A program made the translations under genes and the position numbers. A model generated the notes under the pieces. That model ran no database searches. It was not told where the DNA came from and saw only the letters and a list, made by a program, of their open reading frames with translations. Positions 1 through 12,327 of a DNA stretch of 40,309 bases are shown here, one piece after another (position 1 is the first letter of the stretch; every line of letters begins with the position of its first letter). Source of the DNA: Mobula birostris (taxonomy: Eukaryota); the NCBI RefSeq assembly GCF_030028105.1, contig NC_092383.1:97115604-97155912 (forward strand), in the 5' to 3' direction.

Positions 1-397
1 AGTGTCGGACGCTGATGATTTTTACAGCTTGGAAGGGCTTGTTTTGTGTGATGAATTGAAAAGTTGTGTTCCTGATGAGGTAAGGATACCCAGATGCAGA
101 GGACGCCGCTACCTTGCAGGGGTTTGATAAGAAAACAGACAAAATTGTTTTAACCCACGAGGTTGAGTTTATTCCAGAAAAGAGTTTGCCAGAGAATAGC
201 TGTGAGGCTCGGGGTGAGCTTGAATTTGAAACTGGGACAAGTGATGACAGCCCAGAAGAGGCAGCTGTTCCGATTGACTGTGTTCAGGTTGTGGAAGTAC
301 CTGTGAGTTCACAGGGTTCTGAACCTTGTGTTAAAGCTCAGTTAAAGTCTGAAGTGTTGAACAAGGAATTAGAAACAAGAAAGAACAAAAAAAGAGA

Positions 398-1078
398 ATG
401 GATGATTGTATTGATAGAGTGAGGAAGGCTAAATACCTTATTAAGATAGACCTGTTAAAAGGATGCTGGGGTGTTCCTTTAACAGAGAGGGCTAAAGAGA
501 TATCAGTATTTGTGACACCGTCTAGACTGTATGAGTACAATGTCTTACACTTCGAGATGAAAAGTGCAGCTGGGACATTTCAAAGAATGATCAATTCTGT
601 GATTGGAGAGTTAGAGAGCACAGGGGTTTATATCAAAGATTTGGTGGTCTGGAATGTCACATGGGAAGAGCATATTGCAGTGGTAGAAAAACTGTTTGAC
701 AGACTTTCCAAGGCCAATCTTACTGTGAACCTCGCTAAAAGTGAGTTTGGCTATGACACAGTTACATATCTGGGTTATGTGGTGGGCCAAGGCCAGCTGG
801 CTTCTGTACAGGCCAATGTTCAAGCTATTGCTGAGGTTCCTGTTCTGACTGGCAAGAAAACTTTGAGAAGGATTTTAGGAATGGTTGGGTATTACTGTAA
901 GTGTTGTAAGAACTTTGCTGACATTGCTCTCTCCCTAACAAAACTCCTGGGGAAATGTGAAAGATTTGTATGGAATGACCTTTGCCAGGAAGCATTTGAA
1001 CATTTGGAAACCATCCTGTGTTATCATCCTGTGCTCAAAGCACTTGATTTTTTCAAAGCCATTTTCTATAGCAGCTGA
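398..1078 (+). pseudogene. Gypsy/Ty3 reverse transcriptase remnant (copy 1)
   Basis: Degenerate RT motifs: KIDLLKGCW, YEYNVLHFEMKSAAGTFQRMI, VYIKDLVV (YxDD decayed), KSEFG..VTYLGYVV, LGMVGYY, CQEAFEHL. Confidence 0.9.
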
Positions 1079-1276
1079 TTGGGCAGTCGAGGTCAGGTAA
1101 CCAAACATTTGGAAAGGCTCAAACAGATAAATAGAGGGATAGCTCAAGCGAAGCGGCCAGTGGAAAGTGGCCAGAGCGTGAGTGGGCCAGTGAAGGAGTG
1201 GAGCTTTGAGGCTTTGACTCGAGAGGCTTCGACGAGAAGAGGCCGAGGACAAGCTAGCTCGCAGTTAGTTTTTACA

Positions 1277-2218
1277 ATGTCTCCTGAGACAGTGATGTGC
1301 CTCTCATGTGAGATGTGGCAGTCTTGGGGGAACGCCCCTCTCCCGCAGATTCACATCTGCCAGAAGTGCATACGGCTGGGCGATCTGGAAGACCGTGTAA
1401 GGAATCTGGAGCAGCAGCTGGATGACCTTCGACTCATAAGGGAGAATGAGGCAGCCATAGATGAGAGCTACAGGGAGGTAGTCACACCTAGGCTGTCGGA
1501 AGCAGGTCGTTGGGTGACAGTCAGAGGGGGGAAAGCGAAGGTGAGCAGACAGGTAGAGCAGAGCACCCCTGTAGCCATTCCCCTGAATAATAAGTATACC
1601 ATCCTGGATACTGTTGGTGGGGATGACCGACCAGGTGTGAGCCACGGTGGCAGGGCCTCCGGCACTGAGTCTGACCCTGTGGAGTAGAAGGGTGGGACAG
1701 AGAAGAGGAGAGCTGTCGTCATTGGAGACTCTATAGTCAGGGGAGCAGACAGGAGATTTTGTGGACATGAGAAGGACACCCGCATGGTTTGTTGCCTCCC
1801 GGGTGCCAGGGTCCGGGATGTCTCTGACCGGGTGCACGACATTCTGGTGCGAGAGGGAAAGCAACCAGAAGTCGTGATACATGTTGGGACCAACGACATA
1901 GGCAGGAAGAGGGATGAGGTCCTGAAGTGTGAGTTTCGGGAACTAGGCAGAAGGCTGAAGAACAGGACCTCAAGGGTGACGTTCTCAGGATTGCTGCCAG
2001 TGCTACGTGACAGAGATGGTAAGAATTGGAGGAGATGGCAGTTGAATGTGTGGCTGAGGAGTTGGTGCAGGGAGCAGGGTTTTTGATTTTTAGATCATTG
2101 GGATCTCTTCTGGGGAAGGTGGGGCCTGCACAGATTGGATGGGTTGCACCTGAACTCGAGGGGGAGCAATATCCTTGCAGGTAGGTTTGCTAGCATGGTT
2201 CGGGAGGGTTTAAACTAA
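1277..2218 (+). pseudogene. CR1 ORF1 (CxxC finger, coiled coil, SGNH/GDSL esterase) with two internal stops
   Basis: MSPETVMCLSCEMW...CQKC...LEQQL, VIGDSIVRG and VVIHVGTND lie in one frame, with stops at 1685-1687 and 2084-2086. Confidence 0.9.
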
Positions 2219-2349
2219 TTTGTGAGGGGGATGGGACCCAGAGTGATAGAGCAGTGAAAGAAGTGCATGGAGTAAAGCCAGATCTAACATACAGAGAGGC
2301 TTTGAGGAAAGAGAAGCAAAATAAACGGTGTAAAGACAGTAAGGTAGAA

Positions 2350-5150
2350 GGGCTGAAATGTGTTTACCTCAATGCAAGAAGCATCAGGAACAAAGGTGAG
2401 GAACTGACAGCTTGGATACATACATGGAATTATGATGTAGTGGCCATTACATAGACTTGGCTGGCACCAGGGCAGGAATGGATTCTCAATATTCCTGGAT
2501 TTCAGTGCTTTAAAAGGGATAGAGAGGGAGGAAAAAGGGGAGAAGGGGTGGCATTATTGGTCAGGGATACTATTACAGCTACAGAAAGGGTGGGTAATGT
2601 AGCAGGATCCTCTTTTGAGTCAATATGGGTGGAAGTCAGGAACAGGAAGGGAGCAGTTGCTCTACTGGGGGTATTCTATAGGCCCCCTGGTAGCAGCAGA
2701 GATACAGAGGAGCAGATTGGGAGGCAGATTTTGGAAAGGTGCAAGAATAACAGGGTTGTTATCATGGGTGACTTTAACTTCCCTAATATTGATTGGCACC
2801 TGATTAGTTCCAAGGGTTTAGATGGGGCAGAATTTGTTAAGTGTGTCCAGGATGGATTCCTGTCACAGTATGTCGACAGGCTGACCAGGAGGAATGCCAT
2901 ACTAGATCTAGTACTAGGTAATGAACCAGGTCAGGTCACAGATCTCTCAGTGGGTGAGCATCTGGGGGACAGTGACCACCGCTCCCTGGCCTTCATAATT
3001 ATCATGGAAAAGGATAGAATCAAAGAGGACAGGAAAATTTTTAACTGGGGAAAGGCAAATTATGAGGCTATAAGGCTAGAACTTGCGGGTGTGAATTGGG
3101 ATGATGTTTTTGCAGGGAAATGTACTATGGACATGTGGTCGATGTTTAGAGATCTTTTGCGGGATGTAAGGATAAATTTGTCCCGGTGAGGAAGATAAAG
3201 AATGGTAGGGTGAAGGAACCATGGGTGACAAGTGAGGTGGAAAATCTAGTCAGGTGGAAGAAGGCAGCATACATGAGGTTTAGGAAGCAAGGATCAGATG
3301 GGTCTATTGAGGAATATAGAGAAGCAAGAAAGGAGCTTAAGAAGGGGCTGAGAAGAGCAAGAAGGGGGCATGAGAAGGCCTTGGTGACTAGGGTAAAGGA
3401 AAACCCCAAGGCATTTTTCAATTATGTGAAGGAAAAAAGGATGACAGGAGTGAAGGTAGGACCGATTAGAGATAAAGGTGGGAAGATGTGCCTGGAGGCT
3501 GTGGAAGTGAGCGAGGTCCTCAATGAATACTTCTCTTCGGTATTCACCAATGAGAGGGAAATTGATGATGGTGAGGACAATATGAGTGAGGTTGATGTTC
3601 TGGAGCATGTTGATATTAAGAGAGAGGAGGTGTTGGAGTTGTTAAAATACATTAGGATAGATAAGTCCCCGGGGCCTGACGGAATATTCCCCAGGCTGCT
3701 CCATGAGGCGAGAGAAGAGATTGCTGAGCCTCTGGCTAGGATCTTTATGTCCTCATTGTCCACGGGAATGGTACCGGAGGATTGGAGGGAGGCGAATGTT
3801 GTTCCCTTGTTCAAAAAAGGTAGTAGGGATAGTCTGGGTAATTATAGACCGGTAAGCCTTACGTCTGTGGTGGGAAAGCTGTTGGAAAAGACTCTTAGAG
3901 ATAGGATCTATAGGCATTTAGAGAATCATGGCCTGATCAGGGACAGTCAGCATGGCTTTGTGAAGGGCAGATTGTGTCTAACAAGCCTGATAGAGTTCTT
4001 TGAGGAGGTGACCAGGCATATAGATGAAGGTAGTGCAGTGGATGTGATCTATATGGATTTTAGTAAGGCATTTGACAAGGTTCCACATGGTAGGCTTATT
4101 CAGAAAGTTAGAAGGCATGAGATCCAGGGAAGTTTGGCCAGGTGGATTCAGAATTGGCTTGCCTGCAGAAGGCAGAGGGTGGTGGTGGAGGGAGTACATT
4201 CAGATTGGAGGATTGTGACTAGTGGTGTCCCACAAGGATCTGTTCTGGGACCTCTACTTTTCGTGATTTTTATTAACGACCAGGATGTCGGTGTAGAAGG
4301 GTGGGTTGGCAAGTTTGCAGATGACACAAAGGTTGGTGGTGCTGTAGATAGTGTAGAGGATTGTCAACGATTGCAGAGAGACATTGATAGGATGCAGAAG
4401 TGGGCTGAGAAGTGACAGATGGAGTTCAACCCGGAGAAGTGTGAGGTGGTACACTTTGGAAGGACAAACTCCAAGGCAGAGTACAAAGTAAATGGCAGGA
4501 TACTTGGTAGTGTGGAGGAGCAGAGGGATCTCGGGGTACATGTCCACAGATCCCTGAAAGTTGCCTCACAGGTGGATAGGGTAGTCAAGAAAGCTTATGG
4601 GGTGTTAGCTTTCATAAGTCAAGGATAGAGTTTAAGAGTCGCGATGTAATGATGCAGCTCTATAAAACTCTGGTTAGGCCACACTTGGACTACTTTGTCC
4701 AGTTCTGGTCACCTCACTATAGGAAGGATGTGGAAGCATTGGAAAGGTACAGAGGAGATTTACCAGGATGCTGCCTCGTTTAGAGAGTATGCATTATGAT
4801 CACAGATTAAGGGAGCTAGGGCTTTACTCTTTGGAGAGGAGGAGGATGAAAGGAGACATGATAGAGGTGTACAAGATAATAAGAGGAATAGATAGAGTGG
4901 ATAGCCAGCGCCTCTTCCCCAGGGCACCACTGCTCAATACAAGAGGACATGGCTTTAAGGTAAGGGGTGGGAAGTTCAAGGGGGATATTAGAGGAAGGTT
5001 TTTTACTCAGAGAGTGGTTGGTGCGTGGAATGCAGGAATGCACTGCCTGAGTCAGTGGTGGAGGCAGATACACTAGTGAAATTTAAGAGACTACTAGACA
5101 GGTATATGGTGGAATCTATGGTGGGGGCTTATATGGGAAGCAAGGTTTGA
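2350..5150 (+). pseudogene. CR1 ORF2 (AP endonuclease + RT), disrupted
   Basis: Motifs [59 protein letters not shown]. Stop at 2452, frameshift near 3168, stop at 4413, and further frameshifts downstream. Confidence 0.93.
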
Positions 5151-5228
5151 GGGTCGGCACAACATTGTGGGCAGAAGGGCCTGTACTGTGCTGTACTATT
5201 CTATGTTCTATGTTCTATAACATCAGGC

Positions 5229-5601
5229 GTTAGTGATGAAACTGCTGGGGCAGTACTGTTACAGGAAGGAGTGAATGACATTGAACATCCAGTAGCTTAT
5301 TTCTGAAAGAAATTCAATGTACACCAGAAAAAAAATTTCAACTGTTGAAAAGGAATTACTAGCACCTATTCTGGCTTTACAACATTTTGAGGCCTATGAC
5401 CAGAGACCTCAAAATCTTTCTGTTGCCCAGAGACCACTTGTGGTTTACACGGGTTATAATCCGTTGATGTTTCTAACTAAGATGAAGGATATGAATAGAA
5501 GATTTTAAAATTGGAGTCTGATATTGCAGGAATGTGACTTAAAAATCAAACATGTAGAAGGTACTGACAATATTATAGCTGATTAGTTATCTAGATATTA
5601 A
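5229..5601 (+). pseudogene. Gypsy RNase H remnant, end of pol
   Basis: SDETAGAVLLQEGVNDIEHPVAYF*KK..STVEKELLAPILALQHFEAY..PLVVYT..KHVEGTDNIIAD*LSRY*. Confidence 0.88.
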
Positions 5602-5716
5602 GTTGGAATTTGAACACATTTTTGCTCAGTTATCTGATGATTTTACCTGTATTGTTTCAAACTCTGTAATTTACATTTGGACAAAAGAAATAGTCTTCAT
5701 CAATTGCTTTTCTCCT

Positions 5717-5728
5717 GAGGAAGGGAAG
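5717..5728 (+). promoter_or_regulatory. Polypurine tract (PPT)
   Basis: gaggaagggaag lies immediately before the TG start of the LTR. Confidence 0.8.
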
Positions 5729-6700
5729 TGTGACGGGACCCTGAAGTACCCCTATGAACTGTGCTTTTGAAAAGAGAGAGAGAGAGTTATTTACCACCGA
5801 TATCTTGTTTGTAAAAGAGAGAGAGAGGCGAAGACTAACTGTGGGACTGTCACTTTAAGGAACGAGAAAGAACTGGTTAACTGTTGGATTTCTGCTGGAG
5901 TTGGAGACAGCACCAAGCAGTTCGTAAGTTGCTATGGTGACCGAAGGCAGTGTTATTTAATGGACACTCGATGTTATGATTTTTAGTAGGTTGTTGATAC
6001 TTCTTCTGGGACTTTTTGCCTGCTTGCATTTCTTCACAGAGAGAGGAAGGAGGAGTTATTTGAGTGACAATTGATGCTCAGCACGAGAAGATAAATAGGA
6101 GGTCAGATGACACAGACCTCAGACACATGTTTGGACACTGAATGAGCATTGTTGTGCCTGCAGAAAAAGTGGGTGTTGGAGGATCGATCAGGCGGATCGA
6201 TCCATCGCTCTTGCAGTGAAAAGAGGAAAGGGGTTGACTGGTGGGGAGTTGTCCATGTGTCCACCCTGGCCTGGGGCATAGCTCCACCACAGAAAACCAG
6301 TCCCCTTTGTTAAAGTCACAGTCAGTGACTTTGAAAGGATTTCGAAGGACAACGAGAAGATCGACGGCGTCAGCTCAGCTGAAGATTCAAATCTCTCCCT
6401 CTCTCTCTCTCTCCATCACAACTCAACTCAATATCATGAACTGAACTGACCTTACTCATCATCGTAAGACTGTATTTTTTTACCGCTAGACTTAAAGAAG
6501 CTTGGTTTTTCATACATATATTTCCACACTTACTGATACTTACTTATATAAGTAATCATTGCTAATCTGTTTGATCTATTTACATTTATATTACTGTATT
6601 GCATAGTCACTAATAAATATTATTAGTTTATAGCAATACTTGATGCCAAAGTGCTTTCCATCTCTGCTGGTTCTTTATTCCTGTCACGGGGTTCGTGACA
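5729..6700 (+). repeat. Complete LTR (972 bp) shared between two tandem proviral units
   Basis: Starts TGTGAC, ends GTGACA, has AATAAA at 6612-6617. It is preceded by a PPT and followed by a PBS, and its 3' part is homologous to 11974-12327. Confidence 0.9.
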
Positions 6701-6705
6701 TAAAT

Positions 6706-6723
6706 TGGGGGCTCGTCTGGGAT
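6706..6723 (+). promoter_or_regulatory. Primer-binding site complementary to tRNA-Pro
   Basis: TGGGGGCTCGTCTGGGAT matches the canonical tRNA-Pro PBS TGGGGGCTCGTCCGGGAT at 17/18 positions and starts 6 nt after the LTR end. Confidence 0.92.
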
Positions 6724-6754
6724 ATGAACAAATTGATCGAGAGGCTGGTTTGAA

Positions 6755-7330
6755 TTGATTGGGGGAAAATCCCTCTTGATTTGGTTGTGTAGAAATACAG
6801 CAGAAATAGACGTTAGTGTTGTGGAGTTTATGTTGGAACCAACCCCAGAAGCGTTGGATGATGCTATGAGGGTTGTGCGGTTGGGAATTGCTCAAAAGTT
6901 AAAACTAAAGGTGACCACTATAATGAGGAAAGCTCAGATGCAGATGATAATAGCCCAGCATTATATAGATAAGGGAACGTTTGATGAGGAGGCGTTAGAG
7001 TTGTTCGTGGAAGGTGAATCTGCTGAGGATGAGCTTCAGCTTCAGTTGGAAAAATTAAGAATGGAGCATGAATTGAAATTAAAACAATTCAAGAAAGAAG
7101 CTAGAGAGGCAGCAAGACACAGAGAAGAGGCAGGAAGACAGAGACAGCTCGAAAGGGAGAAATGCCAATGTGAAGATCATGTGGCAGGAAGACAGAGACA
7201 GTTTAAAAGGGAGAGGTGGCAGCAAAGAGGTTTAGTGTCGGACGCTGATGATTTTTACAGCTTGGAAGGGCTTGTTTTGTGTGATGAATTGAAAAGTTGT
7301 GTTCCTGATGAGGTAAGGATACCCAGATGC
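6755..7330 (+). pseudogene. Gypsy gag remnant with internal deletions
   Basis: Follows the PBS. Contains a coiled coil (ELQLQLEKLRMEHELKL) and DFYSLEGLVLCDELKSCVPDEV, which resembles the SCAN-related capsid segment of Gmr1-like gags. Confidence 0.65.
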
Positions 7331-7630
7331 AGAGGACGCCGCTACCTTGCAGGGGTTTGATAAGAAAACAGACAAAATTGTTTTAACCCACGAGGTTGAG
7401 TTTATTCCAGAAAAGAGTTTGCCAGAGAATAGCTGTGAGGCTCGGGGTGAGCTTGAATTTGAAACTGGGACAAGTGATGACAGCCCAGAAGAGGCAGCTG
7501 TTCCGATTGACTGTGTTCAGGTTGTGGAAGTACCTGTGAGTTCACAGGGTTCTGAACCTTGTGTTAAAGCTCAGTTAAAGTCTGAAGTGTTGAACAAGGA
7601 ATTAGAAACAAGAAAGAACAAAAAAAGAGA

Positions 7631-8311
7631 ATGGATGATTGTATTGATAGAGTGAGGAAGGCTAAATACCTTATTAAGATAGACCTGTTAAAAGGATGCT
7701 GGGGTGTTCCTTTAACAGAGAGGGCTAAAGAGATATCAGTATTTGTGACACCGTCTAGACTGTATGAGTACAATGTCTTACACTTCGAGATGAAAAGTGC
7801 AGCTGGGACATTTCAAAGAATGATCAATTCTGTGATTGGAGAGTTAGAGAGCACAGGGGTTTATATCAAAGATTTGGTGGTCTGGAATGTCACATGGGAA
7901 GAGCATATTGCAGTGGTAGAAAAACTGTTTGACAGACTTTCCAAGGCCAATCTTACTGTGAACCTCGCTAAAAGTGAGTTTGGCTATGACACAGTTACAT
8001 ATCTGGGTTATGTGGTGGGCCAAGGCCAGCTGGCTTCTGTACAGGCCAATGTTCAAGCTATTGCTGAGGTTCCTGTTCTGACTGGCAAGAAAACTTTGAG
8101 AAGGATTTTAGGAATGGTTGGGTATTACTGTAAGTGTTGTAAGAACTTTGCTGACATTGCTCTCTCCCTAACAAAACTCCTGGGGAAATGTGAAAGATTT
8201 GTATGGAATGACCTTTGCCAGGAAGCATTTGAACATTTGGAAACCATCCTGTGTTATCATCCTGTGCTCAAAGCACTTGATTTTTTCAAAGCCATTTTCT
8301 ATAGCAGCTGA
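7631..8311 (+). pseudogene. Gypsy RT remnant (copy 2)
   Basis: Translation is identical to 398-1078. Confidence 0.9.
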
Positions 8312-8312
8312 T

Positions 8313-11300
8313 TGGGCAGTCGAGGTCAGGTAACCAAACATTTGGAAAGGCTCAAACAGATAAATAGAGGGATAGCTCAAGCGAAGCGGCCAGTGGAAAG
8401 TGGCCAGAGCGTGAGTGGGCCAGTGAAGGAGTGGAGCTTTGAGGCTTTGACTCGAGAGGCTTCGACGAGAAGAGGCCGAGGACAAGCTAGCTCGCAGTTA
8501 GTTTTTACAATGTCTCCTGAGACAGTGATGTGCCTCTCATGTGAGATGTGGCAGTCTTGGGGGAACGCCCCTCTCCCGCAGATTCACATCTGCCAGAAGT
8601 GCATACGGCTGGGCGATCTGGAAGACCGTGTAAGGAATCTGGAGCAGCAGCTGGATGACCTTCGACTCATAAGGGAGAATGAGGCAGCCATAGATGAGAG
8701 CTACAGGGAGGTAGTCACACCTAGGCTGTCGGAAGCAGGTCGTTGGGTGACAGTCAGAGGGGGGAAAGCGAAGGTGAGCAGACAGGTAGAGCAGAGCACC
8801 CCTGTAGCCATTCCTCTGAATAATAAGTATACCATCCTGGATACTGTTGGTGGGGATGACCGACCAGGTGTGAGCCACGGTGGCAGGGCCTCCGGCACTG
8901 AGTCTGACCCTGTGGAGTAGAAGGGTGGGACAGAGAAGAGGAGAGCTGTCGTCATTGGAGACTCTATAGTCAGGGGAGCAGACAGGAGATTTTGTGGACA
9001 TGAGAAGGACACCCGCATGGTTTGTTGCCTCCCGGGTGCCAGGGTCCGGGATGTCTCTGACCGGGTGCACGACATTCTGGTGCGAGAGGGAAAGCAACCA
9101 GAAGTCGTGATACATGTTGGGACCAACGACATAGGCAGGAAGAGGGATGAGGTCCTGAAGTGTGAGTTTCGGGAACTAGGCAGAAGGCTGAAGAACAGGA
9201 CCTCAAGGGTGACGTTCTCAGGATTGCTGCCAGTGCTACGTGACAGAGATGGTAAGAATTGGAGGAGATGGCAGTTGAATGTGTGGCTGAGGAGTTGGTG
9301 CAGGGAGCAGGGTTTTTGATTTTTAGATCATTGGGATCTCTTCTGGGGAAGGTGGGGCCTGCACAGATTGGATGGGTTGCACCTGAACTCGAGGGGGAGC
9401 AATATCCTTGCAGGTAGGTTTGCTAGCATGGTTCGGGAGGGTTTAAACTAATTTGTGAGGGGGATGGGACCCAGAGTGATAGAGCAGTGAAAGAAGTGCA
9501 TGGAGTAAAGCCAGATCTAACATACAGAGAGGCTTTGAGGAAAGAGAAGCAAAATAAACGGTGTAAAGACAGTAAGGTAGAAGGGCTGAAATGTGTTTAC
9601 CTCAATGCAAGAAGCATCAGGAACAAAGGTGAGGAACTGACAGCTTGGATACATACATGGAATTATGATGTAGTGGCCATTACATAGACTTGGCTGGCAC
9701 CAGGGCAGGAATGGATTCTCAATATTCCTGGATTTCAGTGCTTTAAAAGGGATAGAGAGGGAGGAAAAAGGGGAGAAGGGGTGGCATTATTGGTCAGGGA
9801 TACTATTACAGCTACAGAAAGGGTGGGTAATGTAGCAGGATCCTCTTTTGAGTCAATATGGGTGGAAGTCAGGAACAGGAAGGGAGCAGTTGCTCTACTG
9901 GGGGTATTCTATAGGCCCCCTGGTAGCAGCAGAGATACAGAGGAGCAGATTGGGAGGCAGATTTTGGAAAGGTGCAAGAATAACAGGGTTGTTATCATGG
10001 GTGACTTTAACTTCCCTAATATTGATTGGCACCTGATTAGTTCCAAGGGTTTAGATGGGGCAGAATTTGTTAAGTGTGTCCAGGATGGATTCCTGTCACA
10101 GTATGTCGACAGGCTGACCAGGAGGAATGCCATACTAGATCTAGTACTAGGTAATGAACCAGGTCAGGTCACAGATCTCTCAGTGGGTGAGCATCTGGGG
10201 GACAGTGACCACCGCTCCCTGGCCTTCATAATTATCATGGAAAAGGATAGAATCAAAGAGGACAGGAAAATTTTTAACTGGGGAAAGGCAAATTATGAGG
10301 CTATAAGGCTAGAACTTGCGGGTGTGAATTGGGATGATGTTTTTGCAGGGAAATGTACTATGGACATGTGGTCGATGTTTAGAGATCTTTTGCGGGATGT
10401 AAGGATAAATTTGTCCCGGTGAGGAAGATAAAGAATGGTAGGGTGAAGGAACCATGGGTGACAAGTGAGGTGGAAAATCTAGTCAGGTGGAAGAAGGCAG
10501 CATACATGAGGTTTAGGAAGCAAGGATCAGATGGGTCTATTGAGGAATATAGAGAAGCAAGAAAGGAGCTTAAGAAGGGGCTGAGAAGAGCAAGAAGGGG
10601 GCATGAGAAGGCCTTGGTGACTAGGGTAAAGGAAAACCCCAAGGCATTTTTCAATTATGTGAAGGAAAAAAGGATGACAGGAGTGAAGGTAGGACCGATT
10701 AGAGATAAAGGTGGGAAGATGTGCCTGGAGGCTGTGGAAGTGAGCGAGGTCCTCAATGAATACTTCTCTTCGGTATTCACCAATGAGAGGGAAATTGATG
10801 ATGGTGAGGACAATATGAGTGAGGTTGATGTTCTGGAGCATGTTGATATTAAGAGAGAGGAGGTGTTGGAGTTGTTAAAATACATTAGGATAGATAAGTC
10901 CCCGGGGCCTGACGGAATATTCCCCAGGCTGCTCCATGAGGCGAGAGAAGAGATTGCTGAGCCTCTGGCTAGGATCTTTATGTCCTCATTGTCCACGGGA
11001 ATGGTACCGGAGGATTGGAGGGAGGCGAATGTTGTTCCCTTGTTCAAAAAAGGTAGTAGGGATAGTCTGGGTAATTATAGACCGGTAAGCCTTACGTCTG
11101 TGGTGGGAAAGCTGTTGGAAAAGACTCTTAGAGATAGGATCTATAGGCATTTAGAGAATCATGGCCTGATCAGGGACAGTCAGCATGGCTTTGTGAAGGG
11201 CAGATTGTGTCTAACAAGCCTGATAGAGTTCTTTGAGGAGGTGACCAGGCATATAGATGAAGGTAGTGCAGTGGATGTGATCTATATGGATTTTAGTAAG

Positions 11301-11967
11301 GCATTTGACAAGGTTCCACATGGTAGGCTTATTCAGAAAGTTAGAAGGCATGAGATCCAGGGAAGTTTGGCCAGGTGGATTCAGAATTGGCTTGCCTGCA
11401 GAAGGCAGAGGGTGGTGGTGGAGGGAGTACATTCAGATTGGAGGATTGTGACTAGTGGTGTCCCACAAGGATCTGTTCTGGGACCTCTACTTTTCGTGAT
11501 TTTTATTAACGACCAGGATGTCGGTGTAGAAGGGTGGGTTGGCAAGTTTGCAGATGACACAAAGGTTGGTGGTGCTGTAGATAGTGTAGAGGATTGTCAA
11601 CGATTGCAGAGAGACATTGATAGGATGCAGAAGTGGGCTGAGAAGTGACAGATGGAGTTCAACCCGGAGAAGTGTGAGGTGGTACACTTTGGAAGGACAA
11701 ACTCCAAGGCAGAGTACAAAGTAAATGGCAGGATACTTGGTAGTGTGGAGGAGCAGAGGGATCTCGGGGTACATGTCCACAGATCCCTGAAAGTTGCCTC
11801 ACAGGTGGATAGGGTAGTCAAGAAAGCTTATGGGGTGTTAGCTTTCATAAGTCAAGGATAGAGTTTAAGAGTCGCGATGTAATGATGCAGCTCTATAAAA
11901 CTCTGGTTAGGCCACACTTGGACTACTTTGTCCAGTTCTGGTCACCTCACTATAGGAAGGATGTGGA
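8313..11967 (+). mobile_element. CR1 LINE, duplicate copy, 3' end lost by deletion
   Basis: Matches 1080-4734 with the same stops and frameshift, and is fused directly to LTR sequence at 11968. Confidence 0.95.
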
Positions 11968-12327
11968 GATCCAACAACGAGAAGATCGACGGCGTCAGCT
12001 CACCTGAAGATTCAAATCTCTCCCTCTCTCTCTCCATCACTACTCAACTGAATACCACGAACTGAACTGAACTTTACTCATCATCATAAGACTGTATCTT
12101 CTTACCCCTAGACCTAAAGAAGCTTGGCTTATCATACATATATTTCTACACTTACTGATACTGTACTTACTTATACATATAACCATTGCTAACCTGATTG
12201 ATTTATTTACATTTATATCACTGTATTGCATAGTTACTAATAAATATTATTAGTTTATAGCAATACTGGATGCCAAAGTGTTTTCCATCTCTGTTGGCTC
12301 CTTATTCCCATCACAGGGTTTGTGACA
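11968..12327 (+). repeat. 3' portion of the terminal 3' LTR
   Basis: Roughly 90% similar by eye to 6349-6700. Ends TGTGACA, has AATAAA at 12239-12244, and is followed by non-PBS flanking DNA. Confidence 0.9.

Larger units (their letters stand above)
1080..5218 (+). mobile_element. Full-length, inactivated CR1 LINE nested in Gypsy pol
   Basis: Has a 5' UTR, ORF1, ORF2 (APE + RT) and a 3' tail of ttctatg repeats at ~5199-5218. Gypsy RT lies to the left and Gypsy RNase H to the right. Confidence 0.95.
1..11967 (+). repeat. Direct tandem segmental duplication, period 7233 bp (1-4734 matches 7234-11967)
   Basis: Position 1 (agtgtcggacgctgatg) recurs at 7234, and the ORF track repeats at an offset of exactly 7233. 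I found only one substitution (C1582 vs T8815). Identity ends at ...ggatgtgga (4734/11967). Confidence 0.97.

Noticed and set aside
3186-4415. 409-aa RT ORF as an active LINE protein
   Set aside because: It is a fragment bounded by a frameshift and a premature stop, and ORF1 of the same copy has two stops.
3146-4588. Numerous minus-strand ORFs over the CR1 copies (also at 10379-11821 and 26137-26995)
   Set aside because: They are antisense shadows of ORF2 with no independent motifs.
6706-6723. tRNA-Pro-related sequence as a tRNA gene
   Set aside because: It is only the 18-nt complement of the tRNA 3' end directly after an LTR, i.e. a PBS.
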